Shown here: one piece after another, positions 29,437 to 43,600 of the stretch
Numbering within the stretch: the first letter of the stretch is position 1
Layout of the letters: each line of letters starts with the position of its first letter
DNA from: the human T2T-CHM13v2.0 reference genome, Homo sapiens
Assembly: GCF_009914755.1 (NCBI RefSeq)
Contig: NC_060927.1
Length of the DNA: 64,000 nt
Reading direction: 5' to 3' (one strand)
Notes under the pieces: generated by a model
The model's input: only the letters and a program-made list of their open reading frames with translations
Told to the model about the DNA's origin: nothing
Database searches by the model: none
Position numbers and translations under genes: made by a program

Positions 29437-32400
29437 GTAGAGTGGTTAGGATATGTAATAAATTAGGTAAGTTATTTTTATTATTTTTTAATTTCAAAGG
29501 TTAAACATTGGCTATCTCATGGTGATCAAAAGCTATGAATGACAATTAATTATATAATTTTATTTAATATATTATATTTTATTTAATATAAATTGGAAAT
29601 AGAAAAATCCACTAAAGGCTGTTATAAACTTGGAAACTTTGCATAGCAGCTTTAAAATTTGTCATAATAAAAGTCCAAACCACTTAGATATTTAAAAATA
29701 GAACTTTATTTTCTTCTTACTGAATTGAACATAATTCTCAAAGGCCCATTTCTTTCAGCAGGAGGAAACAATTTAGATAATAAACTTATTTATTTCCTGT
29801 TTACATAAAAGTTTCTTTCTGAACAACTAATCAATTTCAGAGTTCTTTCCTTCCCTATTTTCCTTTTCTTGAGAGGCAATCTAAGCTTGTTGATTAATTT
29901 CTCCATCCTTCTCTCCTTCTCTCATCTGAGAAAATGCAGAGAACACCAGACAGTCTTGTCCTGCTGTCCCTTCTCTCTGCTCAGCTCCCACATCCTCTCT
30001 TTAGATACCAGCCAGGCCTCTTGTCTCCACAGACTCTACTATGGAGTCCTTCATCCCTCACTGTGACAATTCCTTGACAAGCATAGCATTTCCAATTCTT
30101 TGCTGCTTTCATCCCATACTTGACTTGATTTGATCTCTTTCAAATCCAGCAGAAAAATTTAAATGGTGAGTGGAGACAGGGGATTTATCTCTGGACCTTT
30201 TCTGGCTAGACATACACTGCTGACATTTTCTCTATTGCAACAGTCTCATGTTGGCATAGGACAATCCGCAACAATGGATTTCCCCATAGTTCCAGACAAG
30301 TTCTGGGGCAAATATCACTGATTGAGATAATAGTTGTAAATAATATGATTAATAATATAATTATTGCCATAGTACTCTCATTTATATATTTTCTTTCATG
30401 TGTTTTTATAACCCTGTTAGTTATTTCAAGGGTAGAATTAATATATGTTTAATATGACTAGACACTATGACTTATAATTTATTTCACTGATGCTCACAAC
30501 GACACTACCAAAATACAGAACTGCACCATTTTATTCATGAGAAGACTAAGGTTCCATAATGATGTGATTATTCAAGTTTACTTTATGTTAAATATTGAAG
30601 CTAAAATTTAATCTAGAGCTTTCTTAGTCTTTCCTATTGCATCACATATTTTATATAAACTATGTCTAATATACATATATATTGCATCATTTAAATAAAT
30701 TTTAAAACTATTGGAAAAATAACAAATAATACTCTGAAATGATAAGTATACATTTCCAAATTTCAAACCATTGGGTAAACACACATGTATATTAAAAAGA
30801 AACATTGAAACTCCCTCTAATAACTTTTTCATCACAGGACACAATTTATGGCTCTCTGCCATTTAATAATGAGAGTTTCCTGTGATATTACTGGCATTGG
30901 GTATAATAACTCATGCTCCAAAACCAATTTATATAGAAAACATTCAATACAAAGATGATTGAGTTCCTGTGTTTCTCTTTTGTCATTTGGCAGCAATTTC
31001 TGTGAAACTCAGGAAAGATAGAGTGAAAAATGATGGTAGCTATTTCTTCAAGATATGTGGAAAAGACCAAGAGTATTGAAAGCATGTGTCAGTTAGAATC
31101 CTTCATTTTAGATTACACTCATGGAAGGCAGTGACAGAAATCCCTAAGAAGATATCTATCTCTAAGGATTAATAGAGTTTTATGTGAGGATTATTCTTGG
31201 TCAAAAAAAAATGTTGTTTTTCTTCTTTCAGTTGCTTATTTGACAACCACTGTGACCACAAACAACATTGGACATTCGAATCTGTTTTTCCAAAGTGTGT
31301 GAATGTTGGACTGAGCTTTGGTAATTTTAAACTTATTTTGAAGGCTCAATAGAATCTGTAACCTCTATTCACCAACACTAAAACAATGTATCAGTTACCT
31401 CTATCATTGGATATAAAAGTTTTGTGGATGCAATAATTGTAAGGTGATTGGCAATGTCATTTGTAGAACTGACAATTTTGATTTCTTTTAGTATCTTTCA
31501 TAACCCTTTGAAGGTAAGAGCATAACATCATGTCTTTTCATTCATGCTTAGAACATTCTGAAGTGTTTTTTACTTCAATAATCAACATTGTGGTTATCTC
31601 CCCAACAATCATTCCAAACATTCTCCATCATGAAGCAGCAGCATGACTTGGGTGGTATTGGGTAGACTTTGAGTGGTCCACATACTTCAGGGTAATCCCA
31701 AACTCCTTATTATACCTAGTGTCACAACAATCTATACAGCAAACGGCTATAGCAAACTAGGACCTATCCAATTAATACATGGCTTTTTCCCAGCTGCTGA
31801 GATTAGTTCAAGATTAACCAAATGATCACAAAAGTTGGCATTTATGAAGATAATTCAGAACTGGATGCCCATCCCCTCCTAATGATGTGCTTTGTGGATG
31901 TGCCATCAGTTTTCCACCCTGAGGGACACCAGTTTGAAAATAAAACTGAAATACAGAGTAGGCCAGAGACTGGATCAAACTATGTACAGACGTGTTATTT
32001 CTCTGAAACTTTTAAACTATATGCATAAATCCTTTTATAATTTAAGCATTTTCAGATAGATTTTGTATAACAAATTAAATAGTCACAATTAATTCTCTCC
32101 TGAAATACAAAGTATAGTCAGAACAAATATCTGTAACCAAAATTATCGTCATACCTTATGACTTTCAGTTTAGTTATATATTTTAGACTATTTGCTGAGT
32201 GATTAAAATGAATAAGTATATTTTTATTAATTTGCTGAAAAAGTTGAAAGCAAAGAATACTGTATTTTAAGCCACATACTTAGCTGATTAGCCCCTCATG
32301 TCCTCCTTCTCTGTAGTCAAATAATCTGAAGATGAGAATGGAATCATAACGATCATCTGGTTTAGCAATCTGTCTGTCTGCACCTTAAATTCTATTCTTA

Positions 32401-32779
32401 CTGGTCATTAACCAACCCTTCATCACTTCCAGTAACAGGAAACTCACACCTCCTGAGACAGCCTCTAGCCTCTCCTAACCTCATTCAAAATTTGTTGGTG
32501 AGCTTTATTTTTACTCATATTAGAATGCTGGGTACTACTTTACTGAAAATCCTGTAAACTTTAATGATATTTTCCTCTCTATCTGGATAATAATTTTTCA
32601 CATCTCTATCACTTCAAGCAAAGCATCCTATTCTAGTTGCCTTTAAAATTCCTGCTGCTTTTATGTAAGGTTATTAGTTCTATTTCTTTTTAATCAATCC
32701 ACTTCAAGCTGTTACATTTTTCTAACATCAATTATGATTGCTGAATTAAGTAAAGGAGTTGTGCTTTTCTGTACTGAAC

Positions 32780-33215
32780 AGCCAAAAATTACTAAAACTG
32801 GCTGTGTCATAGACGGCCAGTAACAAGTTGCCAATTGCCTAACAAGATAGTTAACTTTTCTTCCTTGCTGAAAGAACTCCTTCTTTGTACAATATGGTGG
32901 GCATGAATCGCAAAAAAATGACATTTCTCTATGTCCTTTATATGTATGAGTGATAGAAGTGGTCATGAGACACAGTGCTGGCCAAAGAGAAATAAGAGGT
33001 TTTTCAGTGTAACATTCATGAAAGGAATGGCTTCAAATAGTATGTGTCTTTTGCTCTGTGTCCTTTGCCTTGAACAGAAAATTAGAAGAAACATGAGACA
33101 TGTTGGAATTATAAAACATCACCCATAGATAGCCTATCTTTGAGCTTATTATTATGTGAGAAATATAAAAGCCTTAATTTTTGAGCAAATACTTTCCAAT
33201 AACAGCTGAATAGTA
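32780..33215 (+). mobile_element. Degenerate MLT1 (MLT1J-like) LTR, approximate
   Basis: gtggtcatgagacacagtgctggccaaagagaaataag and ttattatgtgagaaatataaaagcctt motifs. Confidence 0.45.
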
Positions 33216-34629
33216 GTAATAACCTCTTGTCATCAAAATAAATTTGTGTCCTTAGCAAATAGACAACAGTGTAAAATTATAAAAATACTGTAAAGTTAGC
33301 AAAGATGTGGAATGCTTAAGCATTTAAAAATTACATTGATCCCTTTTTATGAATGTGCCCTTCCATCTCCAGGGAGTTGTCCAAGTAAGCCTTGGATGGT
33401 AATTTAATTATGATATGGTTTCTTTCATACTCAGATCTTGCAATAAATAAAAAAAGATATAGACATCTTATGTTTCTATCTATCAGTTGTTTTGAGACAC
33501 TTAACTAAGTTGCTATTTACACTAAAGGAAAATATATATGTGCGTATATGTATGGACTATTTGTTTATACCATACATATACATACACACACACACACAGA
33601 CAGGAGATACAGCAGGGAATAAACAAGAACATAGGCATGAAAAATATGAAAAAGTCCTGAGAGTAGATTAAAAATAAAATATTAGGAAAATTAGAGAAGT
33701 TTTAGCCTTGGGATTAAAGTATTTACAATGACCCAAATATCCATCACCAAGGGACTAGGAATATTTAAATGTCAGTAGTAATTTGAAGAGAAACACATAC
33801 ACTATTCCACTTGCTTTTGTTTCTACAAACTTTGATTTTAGCTAATTTACCTACGACTTCAATTCACTCATGTATTTGATTTTATGGTATACTAACAGTA
33901 AGTAATAATCATTCTCATCACTCTGATCATCATCATCACTATCATCACCACCACCATCAAGGCTTGTGAAAATTATTATACCATACTCAAAGTGATTTAA
34001 TTGGAGAAATACTATTATTCTTATTTTATAGATTGGGGAAATGTGAATCAAATATAGTAAATATTTTAGGCCATGTAATGTAGTTAGTGGCAAATGTAGA
34101 AGGACAAAATGTAGAAGGACAAAGACCTAGTGGTAGACTTTAGTCAGGCTCACTGCCTCGGCATATCAAAGTAGTCATATTTCGAGAGCCAAATTTAAAG
34201 AATAAGACTGATACTATCACTAATGGCATGTCCATCACAAATGCATACCTGAAAAAATTATGTTATCACAGTCTAATATTGGGTTTCAATTGCTGACCAC
34301 GGAGTAATTGTCTCACTTGAATCTTAGTGTGCTCCCTCTCATACACAAAGACTTTCCTACCACCCGAAATGCAATATGTACTGTTACTGTTCTCTTCAAG
34401 GGAGAAGTGACCCAGAATGATAATAGGTCAGGGGCACAAAGTGTACTACATATGAACATAACAAGAATTTGTTGACCTAGTTGGTGTTTCTGATTGTTTG
34501 CCCAGTTTCTGTGTCATTGATGCCTTCTCTAATGTTTGATTTTTGATCTTCCATTTACTTTGGGACTATTTATTTTGTTTTTGTTTGTCCCCATCTTTTT
34601 AGCATGGGACCTTATATCACTAGCTTAAT

Positions 34630-34995
34630 GTCTTTCTTTTTTTCTTATATAAACATTGTTAATTCTCAATTTTCTCTAAATACGCCTTCTGTTGCATCCA
34701 ACAAAGTTTGATATACTGTATTTTCACTTTCATGTAGTTAGAAATATTTCCTAATTTTCCTTCTTATTTATTTTTGACACACAAGTTATGAATTAGTAAG
34801 TTGATCAGTTCCCCAATATTTGTAAACTTTCATGCTGTCTTATTGTTAATGACTTCTAATTTAGCATAATTGTTGTCAGAGAGTATGAGTTAAATTGTTT
34901 TATTTTGCTGTCACTTTTTAAAAGACCCAACATTTTCTATTTTGGTGAAGATTTCATGTGCGTTTAAAAATAGTGTACATGTGTAATTTTTAAAG
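34630..34995 (-). mobile_element. Old L1M ORF2 fragment
   Basis: aattttctctaaatac..gttgcatccaacaaagtttgatatactgtattttca..acttctaatttagcataattgttgtcagagagtatg. Confidence 0.65.
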
Positions 34996-34996
34996 G

Positions 34997-35148
34997 TGTC
35001 AAGAATTGTGAAGGAGCTGAGATTTTATCCAACTTTCAAGCTAACAAGCACGCTACAGGTTTGTGGATGCTGACTGAAGGCAAGAGACTCTTCTGTCAGA
35101 GACAAAGTTTAATTTATTACTCACAGCAAAAGCAGTAGCCAGAGTATT
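34997..35148 (-). mobile_element. ERV LTR terminal fragment (family not assigned)
   Basis: Begins tgtcaagaattgtgaagg..gagattttatcc..caagctaacaag and contains the reversed polyA signal tttattactcacagc. Truncated at the junction with MLT2A. Confidence 0.6.
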
Positions 35149-35648
35149 GATCCTGGGTGTGTCTGTAAGGGTATTGCCAAAGGAGATTAACATTTGAGTC
35201 AGTGGGCTGGGGAAGGCAGATCCGCCCTTAATCTTGTGGGCACGATCGAATCAGCTTCCAGCAACTATAAAGCAGGCAGACAAACATGAAAAGGCAAGAC
35301 TGGCCTAGCCTCCCAGAGCACATCTTTCTTCCGTGCTTGATGCTTTCTGCCCTTGGACATCAGACTCCAATTTCTTCAGTTTTGAGATTCAGACTGGCTC
35401 TCCTTTCTCCTCAAGCTTGCCTATTTTTTTAGGTTTGGAAAGTTCTCACTTATGATCTCTTTGAGTAAATTTTCTCTCTCTCTCTCTGCTTCCTCCTTAA
35501 GGCCACTGACTCTTAGATTTGCCCTTTTGAGGCTATTTTCTAGATCTTGTAGGTGTGCTTCATTCATTCTTATTTTTCTATTGTGGGACCTTGTGATTGT
35601 GTAAGTTAATACTTAGTAAACTCCCACATATACATATAACTTTTAAAT

Positions 35649-35693
<45 letters not shown>

Positions 35694-35756
35694 CTAATTA
35701 GATATAGATATATATCCAATAGCCAATATATCTTCTAGATAACCCCAATTAATACA
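35142..35756 (+). mobile_element. MLT2A (HERVL) LTR, 5'-clipped, containing an inverted L1 insert and (CA)16
   Basis: gtattgatcctgggtgtgtctg..gccaaaggagattaacatttgagtcagtgggctggggaaggcaga..ctattgtgggaccttgtgattgtgtaagttaatac..aataca. Confidence 0.9.
35424..35579 (-). repeat. Inverted copy of 36799-36964 (local L1 ORF1 sequence)
   Basis: Reverse complement aligns over 156 bp with one substitution and one 10-bp deletion. Flanked by duplicated ctatt. Confidence 0.95.
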
Positions 35757-36168
35757 GCTGGCTTTAAGTGTAACCCAGCACAATCCTAACAGTAGTGACC
35801 ACAGGAATGCTTGCATCACTTATTCTCCAACTCCAGGCAGCTCAACATAGAAAGACTCCATTTGTTTGAGGGAAACTAAAGAAAGAGAACAAGAGACTCT
35901 TCCCAGTAATCCAGAGAATTCTTCTGGATCTTACCCAAGACCACCAAGGTGGTACCTCTACAGGTCTATAAGAGTCACAGCATTACTGAGCTTGGGGTGC
36001 CCCCAATACACTTATAGACCAAAGACTTAGTTTACAACACTCAATTCTCTTTGAATACTTGGAAATCATCCTCAAGAAACACAGATACCAACAAGCCCAG
36101 ACTGAACTCAAGATTAGAATAAATACCTACTCTACAATGACAATACATTAACAAACAACCACTAGTGT

Positions 36169-36260
36169 CAAGACCATACAGAAAAACATGACCTCACCAA
36201 TAACACACCAGCGACAAGACCATACAGAAAAACATGACCTCACCAATAACGCACCAGCAA
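36169..36260 (+). repeat. 46-bp tandem duplication at the L1 ORF1 start
   Basis: caagaccatacagaaaaacatgacctcaccaataac(a/g)caccagc(g/a)a twice, 44/46 identical. Confidence 0.95.
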
Positions 36261-36381
36261 CCAATTACAGAGTGACAGAAATATGTGACCTTTCAAACAG
36301 AGTATTGAAAATAACTGTTTTAAAGTAGCTCAACAAAATTCAAGATAACACAGAGAAGAAATTTAGAGTCCTATCAGGTAA

Positions 36382-36616
36382 ATTTATATAAGTATAGCTA
36401 TTCCTGCTCTTTTTTTGGTTTCTACTTACATGAAATACCTTTTTCCATCCGTTTGTTTTCAGTCTTTGTCTTCATAAGTGAAGTGTGTTTCTTATAGACA
36501 ACAGATCATTTTTTTAAAAATCCATTTTGTCTCTGTTTTTCTTTTGATTGGAGTGTTTAGTCTATTTACATTTAATATTATTATTGAAAAGTAAGGACTT
36601 ACTCCTGCCATTTTGC
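36382..36616 (-). repeat. Inverted copy of 38194-38429 (start of local L1 ORF2) inserted into ORF1
   Basis: Reverse complement aligns over about 235 bp with about 18 differences. Flanked by duplicated aaattta at 36380-36386 and 36617-36623. Confidence 0.95.
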
Positions 36617-37296
36617 AAATTTAACAAAGAGGTTTAAATGATTAAAAAGAATCAAGCAAAAAATTCCGGAGATAAAAAATTCACTTGACAAACTGAAAAA
36701 TGTACTGAAGTCTTGAACAGCAGAATTGATCAAGCAGAAGAAATAATTAGTGAGCTTGAAGACAGGCTATTTGAAAATACACACTCAGAGGAGACAAAAG
36801 AAAAATAAGAATGAATGAAGCACACCTACAAGATCTAGAAAATAGCCTCAAAAGGGCAAATCTAAGAGTCACTGGCCTTAAGGAGGAAGCAGAGAGAGAG
36901 AGAGATCAGGGTAGAAAATTTACTCAAAGAGATCATAAGTGAGAACTTTCCAAACCTAAAAAAAAAAATCAGTTTTAAAGCACAAAAAGGTTATAGAACA
37001 CCAAACAGTTTTAACCCAAATAAAACTGTCTTAAGACACATAATAATCAAATTCCTAAAGTTTAAGGATAAATAAAGGACCCTAAATGCAGAAGAGAAGG
37101 GAAAAAAAATTACACAGAAAGGATCTGGCAGCAGATGCCTCAGTAGAAATCTTACTGGCCAAGATAGTGGCATGAAATATTTCAAGTCCTGAGGAAAAAA
37201 ACAAAACAAACAAACAAACAAACAAAAACCTTTCATCCTAGAATAGTATATCCAGAGAAAATATCCTTCAAACATGAAGAAGAAATAAAAACTTTC

Positions 37297-37606
<310 letters not shown>

Positions 37607-39661
37607 AAAAACTTTCCCAAACAAAAGCTAAGGAATTTCATCAACACCAGACCTATCCTACAAGAAATGCTCAAACGAGTTCTTCAATCTGGAAGAAAAG
37701 GATGTTAATGCGCAATAAGAAATCATCTGAGGAAAAAACTTACTAGTAACAGTAAGTACACAGACAAATACAGAATATTATATCATTGTAATTGTGGTGT
37801 ATAAACTATGCATATCTTCAGTGGAAAGAATAAAAGAAACCTGTCAAATATAATAGCTACAAATTTAAAAAATGGAAAGAATAATAAGACATGAAAGATA
37901 TGACTACAAACAAAAAGTTAAAGAGCATGAGGGGTGAAGTTAAAGTGTAGAATTTTATTAGTTTTCTCTTTGCTTGTTTGTTTGTGCAATCAGAATTAAG
38001 TTGTCATCAGCTTAAAATAATGGGTTATAAGATGTTATATGCAAGTTTCATGGTAATCTTAAATCAGAAAACTTACAACTGATACACAAAAATATATAAA
38101 GTAAGAAATTAAAACATTCCACCAGAGAAAATCACTTGCACAAAAAGGAAGATAGAAAGGGAGAAAGAAGAAAGAGGAGACCAGAAAACAACAGCAAAAT
38201 GGCACGAGTTAGTCCTTACTTTTCAATAATAATATTAAATGTAAATAGATCAAACACTACAATTAAAAGACAAACAGAGACCAAATGGATTTTTTAAAAA
38301 AATGATCTGTTGTCTATAAGAAACACATTTCACTTATGAAGACAAATACTGAAAATAAAGGGATGGAAAAAAGATATTTCATGTAAGTAGAAACCAAAAA
38401 AGAGCAGAAGTAGCTATACTTATATAAATAGATATCATGACAAAAAATATATAGGAAGAGACAAAGAAGGTCATTATATAATGCTAACGGGATCATTTTA
38501 GCAAGAGGATGTAACAATTATAAATATACATGGACCCAACAATGGATCATTCAGATATATAAAGCAAATATTATTAAAGCAAAAGAGAGAGATAGACCCC
38601 AATACAACAACAGCTGGAAACTTCAATACCCCACTTTAAGCAATGGACAGATCATCCAGACAAAATCAACAAAGAAACATCAGACCTAAACTCTTCTACT
38701 GACAAAATGATCCTAATAGATATTTACAGAACGTTTCATCCAATAGCTGAAGAATACACATTCTTCTTTTCAGTACATGAGTCATTCTAAGGGATAGATG
38801 GTATATTACTCCACAAAACAAGTCCTTAAATTTCAAAAAATATTGAACACATATCAAGTACCTTCTCTGACCACAGTGGAATAAAGCTAAAAATCAATAA
38901 CAAGGGGAACTTTGGAAACTATCTAAACACAGGGAAACTAAACAATTTGCTCCTGAATTACCAGTGGATCAATGAAGAAATAAAAAACAAAATTTTTAAA
39001 TTTATTGAAACAAAAAATAATGGAAACACAACATACCATAACCTATGGGATACAGCAAAAACATTACTAAGAAATAATAGAAAAACTTCAAATAAAAAAC
39101 CTCACAATTTATCTTAATAAGAAAAGCAAGAGCAAACCAAACTCAAAATTAGTAGATGAAACGAAAAATAGAAAAGATCAACACAACAAAAAAAATGGAT
39201 TTTTTGAGAAGATAAACAAAATTGAGAAAACCTTCACCAAACTAAGAAAAAAAGAAAGAATACCCAAATAAATAAAGTCAGAGATGAAAAGGAATACATT
39301 ACAACTGATAGCACAGAAATTCAAGAATCATTAGAGATTATTATAAACAATCACATTTCAATACATTGGAAAACCTACAAGTAATGATAAAATTCCTTTA
39401 TATATTTAACCCACCAAGACTGAACCATAAACAAATCCAACACATGAATAGACCAATAACAAATAATGACATTTAAGCCATAATAAAAAGTGTCCCAGCA
39501 AGGAAAGCCTGATGGTATAATTGCTGAGTTTTACCAAACATTCAAATAACTAATACCAATTCTACTCAAATTATTCCAAAAAAAAATAGAAGAGGGAATA
39601 CTTCCAAACTCAGTCTACAAGGCCAGTATTTCCCTGACACCAAAACCAGATAAGGACCCAT

Positions 39662-39662
39662 A

Positions 39663-39716
<54 letters not shown>

Positions 39717-39815
39717 AGAGAAGAGAAAAGGAAAAGAAAAAGAAAAAGGAAAGGAAAAGAAAAGAAAGAAAGAGAAAGAAAGAGAGAGAGGAAGGAAGGA
39801 AGGAGAAAGGAAAAA
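39662..39815 (+). repeat. 154-nt pure polypurine tract: (GA)24 plus GAAA/GGAA-rich low-complexity sequence
   Basis: No pyrimidine between 39662 and 39815. Expanded at an A-rich point of L1 ORF2. Confidence 0.95.
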
Positions 39816-40644
39816 TAAAAGAAAACTAGAGGCAATATCTCTGATGAACCTTAATGGAAAAATCCTCGATAAAATATTAGCAAATTGAATTTAACAACAC
39901 ATTAAAAAGATCGTTCACCATGACCAAGTGGGATTTATCCCAGGGACACAAGGGTAGTTCAACATATATAAATCAAACAATGTGATACATCACATGAAAA
40001 GATTGAAGGACAAAAACCATATGATCATTCCATTGGATGCAGAGAAATCATTTTATAAAATTCAACATCTATTAATGATAAAAAAACTCAAAAATCTGGG
40101 TATAGAATGAACATATCTCAATATAATAAAACCATGTACAATAGACCCATAGTTAGTATCATACTAAACAGGAAAAATACTGAAAGCCTTTTCTTGAAGT
40201 TGTAGAATAAGGATGCCCACTTTCACCACTGTTGTTCAGCATAGCCCTAGAAGTCCTAGTTATAGCAATTAGACAAGATGAAGAAATAAAAGGCCTCCGA
40301 GGTGGAAAGGAAGAAGTCAAATTATCTCTGTTTGTCAATAGTATAATCTTACATTTGGAAAAACCTAAAGACTTCACCAAAAAACTTTTAGAACTGATAA
40401 ACAAATTCAGTAAAGTTGCAGGATACAAAATCAACATAAAAATTAGCAGCATTTCTATATGCCAAAAGTGTCTTAATTTCTGAAAAAGAAATTAAGACAG
40501 TAATTTGATTTATAATAACTATGGATGAAATAAAACACATTGGAATAAACAACCAAAACAATGAAACATCTCTATAATAAAAACTATAAAACATTGACAA
40601 GAGAAATTGCAGAATACATAAAACAATGGAAAGATATTTTATGT

Positions 40645-43600
40645 TGGTATAATTTGGCTCTGTGTCCCCACCCAAATCTCATGTTAAATTGTAATATCTA
40701 ATGTTGGAAGTAGGGCCTTGTGGGAGGTGATTCAATAACTGAGGTTGTTCTTATGGTTTAGCACCATCCCCCTAGTGCTGTCTTCTGATAGATTTCTCCC
40801 AAGACATGCTTGTTTAAACGTGTATCATTTCTCCCCCTCTTTTTCCTCCTAATGCCATGAAAGACGTGCTTGCTTCCCCTTCACCTTTTGCCATAATTGT
40901 AAATTTCCTGAAGCCTCCTGATATTGTTTGGCTCTGTGTCCCCACCCAAATCTCATCTTGAATTGTACTTTGATAATTCCCATGTGTTGTGGGAGGGATC
41001 CGATATGAGATAATTGAATTATAGGGGTGGGTTCCCCACACTGTTCTCATGTTTGTGACTAAGTCTCACAAGATCTGATGGTTTTATCAGGGGCTTCTGC
41101 ATTTGCTTCTTTCTCATTCTTTGCCACCACCACCTAAGAAGTGGCTTTCACCTTCTACCATGATCATGAGACCTCCCCAGGCACGTGGAACTGTGAGTCC
41201 ATTAAACCTATTTTTCTCCCCAGTCTTGGGTATGTCTTTATCATCAATTTGAAAACAGACTAATACAGTAAATTTGTACCAGTAGAATGGGGTGCTGCTG
41301 AAAAAATACCCAATAATGTGGAAGCAACTTTGAAATTGGGTAATAGGCACAGGTTGGAACAGTTTGGAGGGCTCAGAAGAAGACAGGCAAATGTGGAAAA
41401 GGTTGAAACCTCCTAGAGACTTTTTGAATAGCTTTGTCCAAAATGCTGATAGTGATATGGGCAATAAAGTATAGGGTGAGGTGGTCTCAGACAGACTTGG
41501 GGAACTTGTTGGGAAGTGGAGCAAAGGTGATTCTGATTCTTGTTATGTCTCAGCAAAGAGACTGGTGGCATTTTGTCCCTGCCCTAGGGATTTGTGGAAC
41601 TTTGAACTTGAGAGAGATGATTTAAGGTATCTGTTGAAAGAAATTTCTAAGCAGCAAAGCATTCAAGATGTTACTTGGGTGCTGTTAAAAGCATTCAGTT
41701 TTACAAGGGAAGCAGAGTGAAAAAGTTTGGAAAATTTGCAGCCTGACAATGTGATAGAAAAGAAAAACCCATTTTCTGAGGAGAAATTTAAACCAGCTGC
41801 AGAAATTTGCATACATAGCAAGGAGTCGAATGTTGACCCCCAAGAAATGGGGAAAATGTCTCCAGGGCATGTCAGAGGTCTTCAAAGCAACCCCTCCTAT
41901 CACAGGCCCAGAGGCTTAGGAGGACAAAAATGGTTTCATGGGCAGGACCCAGGGCCCCCTGCTGGGGGGACTTGGTGGTCTGCATCCCAGCCACTCTAGC
42001 CATGGCTAAAGGGAGCCAAGGTTCAGCTCAGGCCATGGCTTCAGAGAGTGCAAGCCCCAAGCCTTGGTGGCTTCCATGTGGTGTTAAGCCTGCAGGTGCA
42101 CAGAAGTCAAGAATTGAGGTTTGGGAACTTCTACCTACATTTCAGAGAATGTATGGAAATCCCTGGATGTCCAGGCAAAAGTTGGCTGCAGGAGCCGAGC
42201 CCTCATGGAGAACCTCTGCTAGGGCACTGCAGAAGGGAACTGTGGGGTTGAAGGTCCCACACAGAGTCCTTACTGGGGCATTACCTAGTGGAGCTGTGGG
42301 AAGAGAGCCACAGTCCTCCAGACCCAAGAATGATAGATCAACTGACAGCTTGCACCATGCAACTGGAAAAGCCACAGACACACAACACCAGCCCATGAAA
42401 GCAGCTTGGAGGCAGGCTGTGCCCTGCAAAGCCACAAGGGCAGAACTTTGTAAGACCATGGGAACCCACCTCCTGCATCAGTGTGTCCTGGATGTGAGAC
42501 ATGGAGTCAAAAGAAATCATTTTGGAACTTTAAGATTTGACTGCCCCACTGGATTTTGGACTTGCATGGGACCTGCAGCCCCTTTGTTTTGGCCAATTTC
42601 TCCCATTTGGAATGGCTGTATTTACTCAATGCCTGTACCCCCATTGTATCTAGGAAGTAACTAACTTGCTTTTGATTTTACAGGCTCATAGGCAGAAGGG
42701 ACTTGCCTTGTCTCAGATAAGACTTTGTACTGTGGGCTTTCAAGTTAATGCTGAAATGAGTTAAGAGTTTGGGGGATTGTTGGGAAGGCAAGATTGGTTT
42801 TGAAATGTGAGGACATGAGATTTGGGAGGGGCCAGGGTGGAATTATATGGTTTTGCTCTCTATCCCCAGCCAAATTTCATCTTTAATTATACTCCCATAA
42901 TTCCCATGTATTGTGGGAGGGACCCATTGGGAAATAATTGAATATGGGGGCTGTTTCCCTCATACTGTTCTAGTGGTAGTAAATAAGTCTCACAAGATCT
43001 GATGGTTTTATAAGGGGTTTCTGCTTTTGCTTCTTTCTCATTCTCTCTTGCCACCACCATGCAGAAATGCCTTTCACCTTCCACCATGGTTGTGAGGTCT
43101 CTCCAGCTATGAGGACCTATGAGTACATTAAACCTATTTTTCTTTGTGGTCTCAGGTATGTCTTTATCAGCAGCATGAAAATGGACTAATACACCTTTCC
43201 AGAAGTAGAAGTCTGTACAGCCTGCAGAACAATGAGCTACTTAAACCTCTTTAACTTATAAATTACCCAGTTTCAGGTATTTCTTTATGGCTGTGGATGA
43301 ACAGACTAATACAGAAAATTGGGGCATTGCCATAAAGAAACCTGATAATGTGGAAGTGACTTTGGAACCAGGTAATGGACAGAGGTTGGAACAGTTTTGA
43401 GGACTCAGAAGAAAACAGGAAGATGAAGGAAAATTTGAAACTTCCCAGAGACTTGTTGAATGGTTGTGACCATAATGTTGATAGTAATATAGATGGTGAA
43501 GTTCAAGCTGAGGTGGTCTCAAATAGAAATGAGAAACTTATTGGGAACTAATAAAGGTCACTCTTGCTATGCTTTAGCAAAGAGACTGGTGGCATTGTGA

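Noticed and set aside
36169-36260. Repeat unit of CRISPR-like length
   Set aside because: Only two directly abutting copies with no spacers, inside an L1 in human DNA.
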